A DNA stretch of 64,000 bases from Myxococcota bacterium (lineage in GTDB: Bacteria > Myxococcota_A > Polyangia > Polyangiales > Houyiibacteriaceae), in NCBI GenBank assembly GCA_039028875.1, contig JBCCHE010000022.1:5971-69970 (forward strand), given 5' to 3'. The notes under the pieces are model-generated. The model ran no database searches, had not been told where the DNA came from, and was given only the letters and a program-made list of their open reading frames with translations. The first letter of the stretch is position 1. Each line of letters opens with the position of its first letter. Shown here one piece after another: positions 48,481 to 56,167 of the stretch. Position numbers and translations under genes: made by a program.

Positions 48481-49515
48481 CTAGGCGGTGGCCGATAGCT
48501 CTTGGTAGGGCGCGCGCGGTTGTCGGAGAGAGCGATCGAGGAAGGCGATTTGTTCGCGCCAGCAGCGACGCGCTTGTTTGCGCCACACGAGCGCGTGGAA
48601 CGCGTGAAGTTCGCCTTCGTAGTAACGCGCTTCGCACTCGACACCCATGGCTCGAAGTGCACGGTCAAGGCGTCGCGTGTCATCGAGGAGCGGATCTTTG
48701 GTTCCGATCGGCACGAAGAAACCAGGAAGCGGCCTGTCGGGTGCATCTCCGCGTTCGAACACACGGAGCGGGTCCGCAAGATCCAGCGCGCCCGGTTCCG
48801 GGTCCTCGAGGCCGAGTAGGTACGAATCACGCATGCCGCTGAGGACGCCTCGAATCCATCTCGGGAGCTTGCGCCGGCGGCTGAGTCGGCCGGGGTTGGT
48901 CACCTGGAGCGGCGCGCACGCCGGGGCGACTGCGGTCGGGACGAGGCCGGTTTCGAAGGCGCGGGCGGCGAACTCCTCTGGCCGCTCATAGGTGCAACAC
49001 AGGGTCAACGCGGTGGCGAGGTTTCCGCCCGCGGACTCGCCGGCAAAGACGATTCGCGTCAGGTCACCGCCATACGCTTCGCCATGCTCGGCGATCCACT
49101 CGAGGGCTGCGCACGTGTCCGCGACAGCGGCCGGGAAGGGGTTCTTCGGGGCAAGTCGGTAGTCGACGTTGAAGACCAGGTAGCCCGCCCGCGCGAACGC
49201 GAGGCCCATCAGCCAATGCGTATCCTTGGAGAGCAGGTTGAAGGCGCCTCCATGCATATACATCACGATCGGGAGCGGGCCGGGGCGGCCGCTCGGCCGG
49301 TAAATGTCCAGTCGGTGCTTCGGGTTGCCCGTTCGGCGGTACTCGACGTTGCGGATCAGCTCGACGCCATGCCGGGACGGCTTGGCCAAGGGGTGCAGTC
49401 GGCCGATACGCGAAGCGGTTCGGAGAAAGCCCTTCGCCACGAGAGAGTTGGTCTTGTTGCGAAGATTCCGCCTGGTTCTGCGGATGAAGCCGGTCCTTCC
49501 GGGGGTGATACGCAT
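48481..49515 (-). CDS. Alpha/beta hydrolase (hormone-sensitive-lipase-type esterase)
   Basis: HGGAF oxyanion motif and the GESAGGN nucleophile elbow. Confidence 0.85.
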   Translation of the reverse strand: MRITPGRTGFIRRTRRNLRNKTNSLVAKGFLRTASRIGRLHPLAKPSRHGVELIRNVEYRRTGNPKHRLDIYRPSGRPGPLPIVMYMHGGAFNLLSKDTHWLMGLAFARAGYLVFNVDYRLAPKNPFPAAVADTCAALEWIAEHGEAYGGDLTRIVFAGESAGGNLATALTLCCTYERPEEFAARAFETGLVPTAVAPACAPLQVTNPGRLSRRRKLPRWIRGVLSGMRDSYLLGLEDPEPGALDLADPLRVFERGDAPDRPLPGFFVPIGTKDPLLDDTRRLDRALRAMGVECEARYYEGELHAFHALVWRKQARRCWREQIAFLDRSLRQPRAPYQELSATA

Positions 49516-49623
49516 ATCGAATCCTATTTAACACGGGACGACCCAGGGATGCGGTCTTTTTTCGTGCGATGGACGCTGCGAGTTTTTTGCGAACACGCCA
49601 ACCGCGATCGTATTCCTTCAGGA

Positions 49624-50019
49624 ATGCGAGTAGTTGTGGGTGCGATATGTGGGGCTCTCGCATTTTCTGCGTTGTTCGGGGCCGATGCCAGTCTTCCGCA
49701 CGCGAGTGCGGGCGCGCCTCGCGGACACCTGGATGCCTTTGTTGTCCGGGACAAGATCAAGCGCGACCTGCCGAAGATCAACCGGTGCTACGAGTCGGCG
49801 CTCCGCAGCGAACCTGAGCTCGAGGGGAAGGTCTCGGTGCGGTTTGCGGTGGCGCGCGCGGGGACAGTCAACGGCGTGCATGTGGTGGAGAACACGACGG
49901 GGAGCCCCGCGGTCGAGCGATGCGTGGCGCGGGTCGTCGGCACCTTTCGTTTTCCAAGCCGCCGAAAAGGGCAAAGCGTTCGCTTCACCTTCCCATTCGT
50001 GTTTGCGCCCCAACGCTGA
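49624..50019 (+). CDS. Small secreted protein consisting of an AgmX/PglI-type (TonB-C-like) C-terminal domain
   Basis: Signal-like MRVVVGAICGALAFSALFGA, then I.R.L..INRCYE..L...P.L.GKV.V.F....G.V......N.....V..C......F.FP. The ATG at 49624 was chosen because the longer track ORF overlaps the esterase gene. Confidence 0.6.
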   Translation: MRVVVGAICGALAFSALFGADASLPHASAGAPRGHLDAFVVRDKIKRDLPKINRCYESALRSEPELEGKVSVRFAVARAGTVNGVHVVENTTGSPAVERCVARVVGTFRFPSRRKGQSVRFTFPFVFAPQR

Positions 50020-50022
50020 CGT

Positions 50023-52041
50023 CTACTGCGGGCACGGCGGACTCGGATCGGTGGCCAAGGCCAACACCCAAGGGTCGTTGGCGGTGGCCGGCTGCGCTTG
50101 GAGTTGGGTGAGGTGTGCGCGTGCGCGTGACGCGTCGGTTTCGCGTCGAAGCGAGAGCTCGAGGCCGGCGAGGACCGTGTCGCGGGTCTGGCCTGCGAGT
50201 TCCGCGCGCCGGAGGGCCCTTGATGCGTCATCGAGCTCGCACGAGGCGACTGCGGCCAGCGCTCGATAAACCTCGATCGACGTGAACCCAGGGTACGCAA
50301 GGGCGGCCTCGGAAAGGAGCGCATGTGCCTTGCGCGCCCGTTCGGTCTCGCCGGGTGTCATCGCGGCGCGCAATCCCGCGCGGCCGCCGTCTCGCGTTAG
50401 GGGCCGCAAGTGCTGAAGGCCGTGCAGCCACGCGTTCATTGGACCGGCGTCGTTGTCCTTGGTCACGCGCGCGACCTCGGTCGCGATGGTCTCCTCGGGT
50501 TGAGTGGGATCGAGGATCGCGCCCGTGCGATACCCGGGAGCGATCACTTCGAGCGGGGTGAGGGGGCCCCGCGTGTCTTCGCGTACGAACAACGAGTGCC
50601 CATCCTCGACGTGCACCAGCGACCAACGCGGGTCCTGGCTCAGCCACTCGGTTGCTGCGATGTGATCGGCCCGGGTGTGGTCGACGACAACCGCGTTGAC
50701 ATCGAACTCGTCAAGTAACGCCGAGAACGCCACTGCGTCCGCGAAAGACTCCGTGACCCGAGAGACGAAGGCCGGCCCGTAGAACGGCACGCGTCCGTCG
50801 ACGAGAAACTTCGCTTTCGGCGTCGCGAACATCATCAGCCAACTGTCTTGAATCGTCGCGAGGACCCGCGCTTCATCGAGGTGCTCATCGATGATTGCGG
50901 CGGAGCCCCAAGGCGCATCCGCTCTCGACTCGCCGAGTCCGAAACCGAATCGCGGTTCGAGCCGTGCGGTCCAGATCACCGAGATCACCATGGCCGCGGC
51001 CACGAGCGCCGCAACGCCCGCAGACCGGTTCTTGAACGGGCGCATCGCCGACAGGCCTGCGGCGATGAAGGGCGAACACAGCAGCACTTGGTGCGCCACG
51101 AACCGCGTGGAACTGAACGCCATCGCGCACAGCAGCACGCCAAGGCTTCCGTAGGCCAGCCCGAACCTTCCATGTTGGGTCACCTGCCGGAGCGCAACGA
51201 GCGTCAGGACCGCAAACAGCGTGGGTCCGACGAGGAGTCGCAGCGGGTCCGTCGCCCGCCACGGCGCCCACTCGGTCACGACGTCTCGGAACGCGGGGTC
51301 GGCGAGGTGGGCGATCGAATCACCCACGATGGCGAAACCGAACGGCGTGCAGCCGATCGCGAGCGCTTGTCCAACGACGAGTGCCAGCATCCACCGGAAC
51401 GCTGTGGTCCGCCAACTGAAGGCCAAGAACAGCCCGCCGATCGCGAGTCCGAGCAGGTGTGAGCCGTGCGCGTTCACCCAGATGACTTGCATGACGATGG
51501 TGCCGATCAACGTAACCGCCTTGGCTCTGCGTCCGCGGTTGTCGTTGTAGAAGGTGCCGATCCCAAGGAGCAAGAGTCCCGCGAAGACGAGTCCGACCAC
51601 TTGGGGTCGCACGGTGAGTCGCGTTCGCGCAATCGGAAGGGCGAGGGCGGCAACCCCGACCACCATCGGCGCCGCGAGCCGGTTGCCGTTGGCAAGCCGA
51701 ACCCCCAACCGCACGAGGGCCCACCCGAGGACCGCGAGCAAAAGGCACTTGATGAGGACGAGTCCTGATGCACCCAAGGTGTCGTAGAGCCACCACGAAG
51801 CGAGGTCATAACCCCATTCGTAGTTGCTCCAAGGTTGTGGTTCGGCGCGCCAAAAAGAGAACAGATCGACGTGCGGCACGTGACCAAGCGCCGCGACTTG
51901 TCGCCCCTGCGCAAGATGGCCAAACCCGTCGGCGTTGAAGAAAGGAAAATACCCGCTCAACCCGAACCCTGCGGCCGACACCCATGCGCTCAACGTGACG
52001 ACCCATCTCGACACGCGTCGAGTCTCCGGGCCGCCCAGCAC
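50023..52041 (-). CDS. Large polytopic membrane protein with C-terminal soluble helical domain
   Basis: 672 aa. ~11 hydrophobic helices in the first ~380 aa, then a soluble domain. The topology is reminiscent of ArnT/PMT-type glycosyltransferases, a weak call. Confidence 0.55.
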   Translation of the reverse strand: MLGGPETRRVSRWVVTLSAWVSAAGFGLSGYFPFFNADGFGHLAQGRQVAALGHVPHVDLFSFWRAEPQPWSNYEWGYDLASWWLYDTLGASGLVLIKCLLLAVLGWALVRLGVRLANGNRLAAPMVVGVAALALPIARTRLTVRPQVVGLVFAGLLLLGIGTFYNDNRGRRAKAVTLIGTIVMQVIWVNAHGSHLLGLAIGGLFLAFSWRTTAFRWMLALVVGQALAIGCTPFGFAIVGDSIAHLADPAFRDVVTEWAPWRATDPLRLLVGPTLFAVLTLVALRQVTQHGRFGLAYGSLGVLLCAMAFSSTRFVAHQVLLCSPFIAAGLSAMRPFKNRSAGVAALVAAAMVISVIWTARLEPRFGFGLGESRADAPWGSAAIIDEHLDEARVLATIQDSWLMMFATPKAKFLVDGRVPFYGPAFVSRVTESFADAVAFSALLDEFDVNAVVVDHTRADHIAATEWLSQDPRWSLVHVEDGHSLFVREDTRGPLTPLEVIAPGYRTGAILDPTQPEETIATEVARVTKDNDAGPMNAWLHGLQHLRPLTRDGGRAGLRAAMTPGETERARKAHALLSEAALAYPGFTSIEVYRALAAVASCELDDASRALRRAELAGQTRDTVLAGLELSLRRETDASRARAHLTQLQAQPATANDPWVLALATDPSPPCPQ

Positions 52042-52059
52042 CCGGTCAAAGAACTGGGC

Positions 52060-52482
52060 CTAGGGGGAGGGCGGAGGCGTGTCCTTGAGGCCCGGAACCC
52101 GCGAGCGTGCGGCGTTGTGGATCATGGTTGCGAAGTCGACCTTCCATACGCCCTCGTGCTTCGCGAGCGGCACCTTGGACGTCGATCCGTCTTCGTTCTT
52201 GAAGGTGACCACCGCGGTGTCATCCATGATCACTTCCTCCGCAGCTTTGCGTCCGCCCACCGCCGCGAGTGCTTCGGGGCCGTTCTTATCGACAATTCTC
52301 TGAATCATCTCCGCGGTGGCTGGAGTAGCTTCCTTTTTGGCGGCCGCGAAATCGCCGGCGGCCAGTGAGTCATAGAACCTCTCCGCGGCGCGAGACGGTT
52401 CGCCTCCCTTGGTGCAAGCGAAGAGGCACGCGGTGCCAAGGACAACGACGAGTAGGGGGGTCTTCGCATCGAGTCGCTTCAT
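52060..52482 (-). CDS. DUF4878-like lipoprotein
   Basis: MKRLDAKTPLLVVVLGTACLFACTKG lipobox, then ..AAERFYDSLAAGDFAAAK.. as in DUF4878. Confidence 0.6.
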   Translation of the reverse strand: MKRLDAKTPLLVVVLGTACLFACTKGGEPSRAAERFYDSLAAGDFAAAKKEATPATAEMIQRIVDKNGPEALAAVGGRKAAEEVIMDDTAVVTFKNEDGSTSKVPLAKHEGVWKVDFATMIHNAARSRVPGLKDTPPPSP

Positions 52483-52545
52483 GGTGCCGCGAGCGTGACC
52501 CCTTCCGGCGCGCCTCGCAAAGCTTATGCTTTAGCGAACCACGCA

Positions 52546-52560
52546 CTTGACACTGTCAAG
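52546..52560. promoter_or_regulatory. Perfect 15-bp palindrome CTTGACAcTGTCAAG in a divergent promoter region
   Basis: It presents TTGACA (the -35 consensus) on both strands, between starts at 52482 (-) and 52586 (+). Confidence 0.3.
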
Positions 52561-52585
52561 CACGACGCCATAGCACCAACTCAAC

Positions 52586-53017
52586 ATGGATCGAGGCTTC
52601 ACGAACGCCGTTCGCCGCTGGGCCATTCAGACTCCTTTCGACGGCCCTGGTGTGCGGGGCGCGAAGGGCGCGAACTTGGTTCTAGCGCTCACGGCTGGGC
52701 GCCTCCGCCGCGGCCGTCGCCGTCATTTCGATCGATACACCCAGATCGTGTTCGGCGGGATTGGCGAAGAGCCAGGGTACGTCGGTGGTGCCATTCGACG
52801 CGAAGTCTTCGGAAGGCGTGTATGGACGATGACAGTGTGGGTCGATGATGCCGCGGTCAACCGCTTCGTCGCCTCACCGCGGCACCAGGAAGCCATCGCG
52901 GTCGCGGGAGCGTGCCTCGCGGAAAGTCGTTTTAGACGGATTGAACTCGCCCCCACTGAGCTTCCGGTCTCATGGAACCGAGCGCTCGAGCTGTTAGCAA
53001 CTCCAGCCGGCTGTTGA
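52586..53017 (+). CDS. Hypothetical protein (C-terminal half ABM/DUF3291-like)
   Basis: ..RRVWTMTVWVDDAAVNRFVASPRHQEAI.. resembles dimeric alpha/beta-barrel monooxygenase-like families. The Arg-rich N-terminal half is less convincing. Confidence 0.35.
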   Translation: MDRGFTNAVRRWAIQTPFDGPGVRGAKGANLVLALTAGRLRRGRRRHFDRYTQIVFGGIGEEPGYVGGAIRREVFGRRVWTMTVWVDDAAVNRFVASPRHQEAIAVAGACLAESRFRRIELAPTELPVSWNRALELLATPAGC

Positions 53018-53090
53018 TGTCGCCGGCAGCGAGTGGTCCAACGGGACGCTTGACGCCGGGCAGAATCTACGATTGTGTGGTCGGACTTCG

Positions 53091-53405
53091 ATGCAGCAGT
53101 GGGAATACGAGAGCCTCGTTGTCGACCATGGGAACCGCAAGTACTACTTCCAGGGCCGAAAGTACGGAAGAAAGCACTACAAGAATTACAGGTCGGTGAT
53201 CGCTGCCCTTGGTTCCCACGGATGGGAACTAACCAGTCAGTCCACGGACGGCCGCGTCGAGGAGTACGCCTTCAAACGACCGATAACCGGCGCGCCCGTT
53301 GCACCGCTACCTCAGCCTCGTAAAGCACGTCCAAAGCTCGCGCTAATCGTTGTCCTTGGAATCATCGCGTTCTTTCTCTGGACTGCCGCGAATGGCGGGA
53401 ACTGA
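53091..53405 (+). CDS. DUF4177-like small protein with C-terminal TM helix
   Basis: MQQWEYESLVVD....Y......LG..GWEL matches the DUF4177 pattern. C-terminal LALIVVLGIIAFFLW. Visibly lower GC than the surroundings. Confidence 0.6.
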   Translation: MQQWEYESLVVDHGNRKYYFQGRKYGRKHYKNYRSVIAALGSHGWELTSQSTDGRVEEYAFKRPITGAPVAPLPQPRKARPKLALIVVLGIIAFFLWTAANGGN

Positions 53406-53503
53406 GGTGCCGGTTCGGCCGCAATGCCTCTAAAGTTTACATAATATATCTTCTGCGAAATTGGGGGTGTAGGCCCAATATCAGTAGCGGACGCGAGCGC
53501 GGA

Positions 53504-55684
53504 ATGCATACGAACCTCCAACTCTTTTTCCTCAGCGTGGTATTCGTTGCAGTGCTGCCCGTACTCTACGGACAAACCGAGTGCGACCGAAACCAGGACA
53601 TTCCGACGATCATCGCACCCGCCCAAGGCGAGGTGACCCCGTCCACCGGCCTGTTCACCGCCACCGTCCTGTTCAACACGGTGCTGACCGTGAGCTCTTT
53701 GGTCGAACTGGAGATCCAGACCAACCAAGGCGCAACGATAGTTGATGTTACGCCCTGGTTCTTGCCTGAGGGACAATCCAACTTCGCCGGACAATCTAAT
53801 GCGTCCGCAAACCTCGACGCCGTGGCACTAGGGCTCGTCCCTGGCCCGCAGAGTTTGGTCTTCCGTCTCGACAGCGACGGGGTCGGCGAACCCGCAGTCC
53901 GCATCACCACCTTCACCTGGAACGGAGCCCAGTCATGCGAGGAGGCGGTAAGCGAGGCTGCGGGCGCGTGTTTCTTGGACGTCAGCGACGTGGTCCGCTC
54001 CTGCTACCTGGGCACGGGCAGCGCATGCCCGGCGGCGGACGCGACGGTGATCGCGGCCGAGAACCAGGTCCGTTCGAGCGTGACCGGCGCATGCACCAGC
54101 AGCGAGGTTCAGTCCCTCGGGTATGGTGGATCGATGACCGCGGACACGCTTGCGGATCGCCTGATCGAGTCATGCAAGGGCAATGCCGCCACGATCGCCG
54201 CCCGCATCTTTGGCGGCCCTCAAGGCAAGGTGCTTGCAGACGCCACGGGCGTGGACTGCATGGACACAGCCTATGACGAAAGCGCGTCATTCCTCGACGT
54301 GGCGTACCACGCGCAGAAAGAGTGCGTCCTCGGCGCCACCTGCGATCTCGCGACTACCGAAGCGACCATCAGCACGGCAAAAGGCATGTCGATTGCGGCC
54401 ATCGATGCGGCGTGTACGTCGACCGCGCTCGAAACCTTGGTCGGTCTCACCGCCGGGCAGGCCCTTGACCGCGTTCGAACCCAAAGTGAGTGTATGGTTG
54501 CCGCCGCGCACGGAAACACGGAGCCGCTGGCGCTTCGCTGCGCACCAGGAAACCTCGATGGCGTGACCGCCGTGCAGACCAATCCGCCGGGCGCGCAAGC
54601 GTTCGGCCCTGGCATTCCGACTCAGGTCATGCTCGAAGAAGCGGCCTGGGGCACGCGCTGCGGGGATGGCAGCCCCTATTACTTCTGGGTCGAGATGCCG
54701 CCCGTCGGGCAGCCGACGACGAACATCCATATGTACGCAAAGGGAGGCGGTGCTTGTTTCAGCAGCGACTGCGACAACGTGAACGCCAACCGTTTTCAAG
54801 CGTCGAACGGCAACTACCAGGCGCAGGGCATCCTGAACCAAGGCGGGACCAACTCAGGACCGGGCATCGATCCGTACCACAACTGGGCGAAAGTCACGCT
54901 CGAGTACTGCACGCAAGACGTCTACATCGGTGCGGGCGTTTCGCAGGACACCGGTTCGATGATCGTCGAACGCTACGGCGCGGTGAACATCCGGGCGGCG
55001 ATGCAGGTAGTGCGGAACCTGGTCGCAAAAGCAACGAACGACCAACTCCCTTCGGGATATCGGCCGGACCTGCTCAGGGTCGTCTTTTCAGGGAATTCGG
55101 CAGGCGCCTTCGGTGTGACGACGAACATGCACTACGTCCTCGACGAGCTGCGGTGGCGGGACACTACGTTCGCGGCGGGTGCGGGGACCAATGCCAACGC
55201 CGCAGTCGCGTCTTCTTTGGGGGCTCTCGCCCTCGAGACGTGGGGAGGCCTCTCGACTCTACCCCCCTATTGCTTGGAAGCCACGTGTGCGGGGCCCGCG
55301 CAGGCGCTTTACGCCGCGCATTCCGCACGACTTCTCGCCACGCCTGGGCAGCAGCTGTTGGTCGCGCACAATCAAATCGACAACACCCAGCGGAACACGC
55401 AGATGTTCGCGGACACCCCCTCGCACGTTAACGCCTTGCGCGAGGTTTACTGTGATACTCAGGGGCTACCGGGCGTACATTGGTTCCTGAGTGCCCTCCC
55501 GCAGAGTGCCCACGGGATCTACTCGAGTGACTCGACCTACACGACACTCACCGCCGCCGGCCTCACCCTGTCGCAGTGGACCACGGCACGCGTGCTGAAT
55601 CCGGCAGACCCAGTTGACGCAGTCGACGAAGGCACCCTCGTCACCGCGTACCCGGGCGTCGTCCCCTTTCCGTGTACACTTTAG
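53504..55684 (+). CDS. Secreted two-domain protein: Cys-rich helical N-domain plus pectin-acetylesterase/Notum-like hydrolase domain
   Basis: Signal peptide MHTNLQLFFLSVVFVAVLPVLYGQ. C-terminal CGDGSPYYFWV..YAKGGGACFS..C, W.KV.LEYCTQDVY.G and FSGNSAGAFG match the PAE-family pattern (CLDGSP.., GGGWC, YCD, G.SAGG). Confidence 0.6.
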   Translation: MHTNLQLFFLSVVFVAVLPVLYGQTECDRNQDIPTIIAPAQGEVTPSTGLFTATVLFNTVLTVSSLVELEIQTNQGATIVDVTPWFLPEGQSNFAGQSNASANLDAVALGLVPGPQSLVFRLDSDGVGEPAVRITTFTWNGAQSCEEAVSEAAGACFLDVSDVVRSCYLGTGSACPAADATVIAAENQVRSSVTGACTSSEVQSLGYGGSMTADTLADRLIESCKGNAATIAARIFGGPQGKVLADATGVDCMDTAYDESASFLDVAYHAQKECVLGATCDLATTEATISTAKGMSIAAIDAACTSTALETLVGLTAGQALDRVRTQSECMVAAAHGNTEPLALRCAPGNLDGVTAVQTNPPGAQAFGPGIPTQVMLEEAAWGTRCGDGSPYYFWVEMPPVGQPTTNIHMYAKGGGACFSSDCDNVNANRFQASNGNYQAQGILNQGGTNSGPGIDPYHNWAKVTLEYCTQDVYIGAGVSQDTGSMIVERYGAVNIRAAMQVVRNLVAKATNDQLPSGYRPDLLRVVFSGNSAGAFGVTTNMHYVLDELRWRDTTFAAGAGTNANAAVASSLGALALETWGGLSTLPPYCLEATCAGPAQALYAAHSARLLATPGQQLLVAHNQIDNTQRNTQMFADTPSHVNALREVYCDTQGLPGVHWFLSALPQSAHGIYSSDSTYTTLTAAGLTLSQWTTARVLNPADPVDAVDEGTLVTAYPGVVPFPCTL

Positions 55685-56167
55685 GTTGCCGCCGCGTCTA
55701 GGTCGTGCGTGCCACGCGCTTCGGGTTGACAGCGGTACGACGGGAGGCTCGCTTTTCTTCGTCAACTCCTTTCCCCACGACAACGACCCTGCCGACGATC
55801 TAGACGAATCTTGGGTGCTCCGGCTCTACTGGCTCAGGCTGCATGAGCTTGGTCGCACGCTTGGCCTCGGTCATCGGGGTCACAGCCGCCACCGCGCCCT
55901 CAAGACCGGCGACCGCTCTGCCCGCCTATCCCCAAACGGTACCGGACATTCTAGCTTGGCTCAGCAACCGGACAGAGTCGCTCGGTTTTGACATGAGCCC
56001 AGCGGGTTGGTCACCGAGACCGAGACCGTTGTGCACTCCACCATCGCGTATCGTCGCCTGCGTGAATACGCGCCAAAGAAATACTATGGACACGGCTTGT
56101 GGTTCCGGGCGAAAGTACGGCGTCTGGATCGTTATCCGCCTTCCGATCCGGGCTGAAGGAGGCTCCC

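Noticed and set aside
53436-53481. Sigma-70 promoter in the AT-rich region before the PAE-like gene (TTTACA at 53436-53441, CAATAT-like hexamers).
   Set aside because: No -35/-10 pair has acceptable spacing, so it was left uncalled.
56125-56139. Sigma-54-like motif TGGATCgttatCCGC upstream of the surface-protein gene.
   Set aside because: Only the GG-N10-GC spacing fits. The -12 TTGC and the -24 CAC are missing. The motif overlaps a simple GGATCG/CGATCC hairpin, so it is too weak to call.
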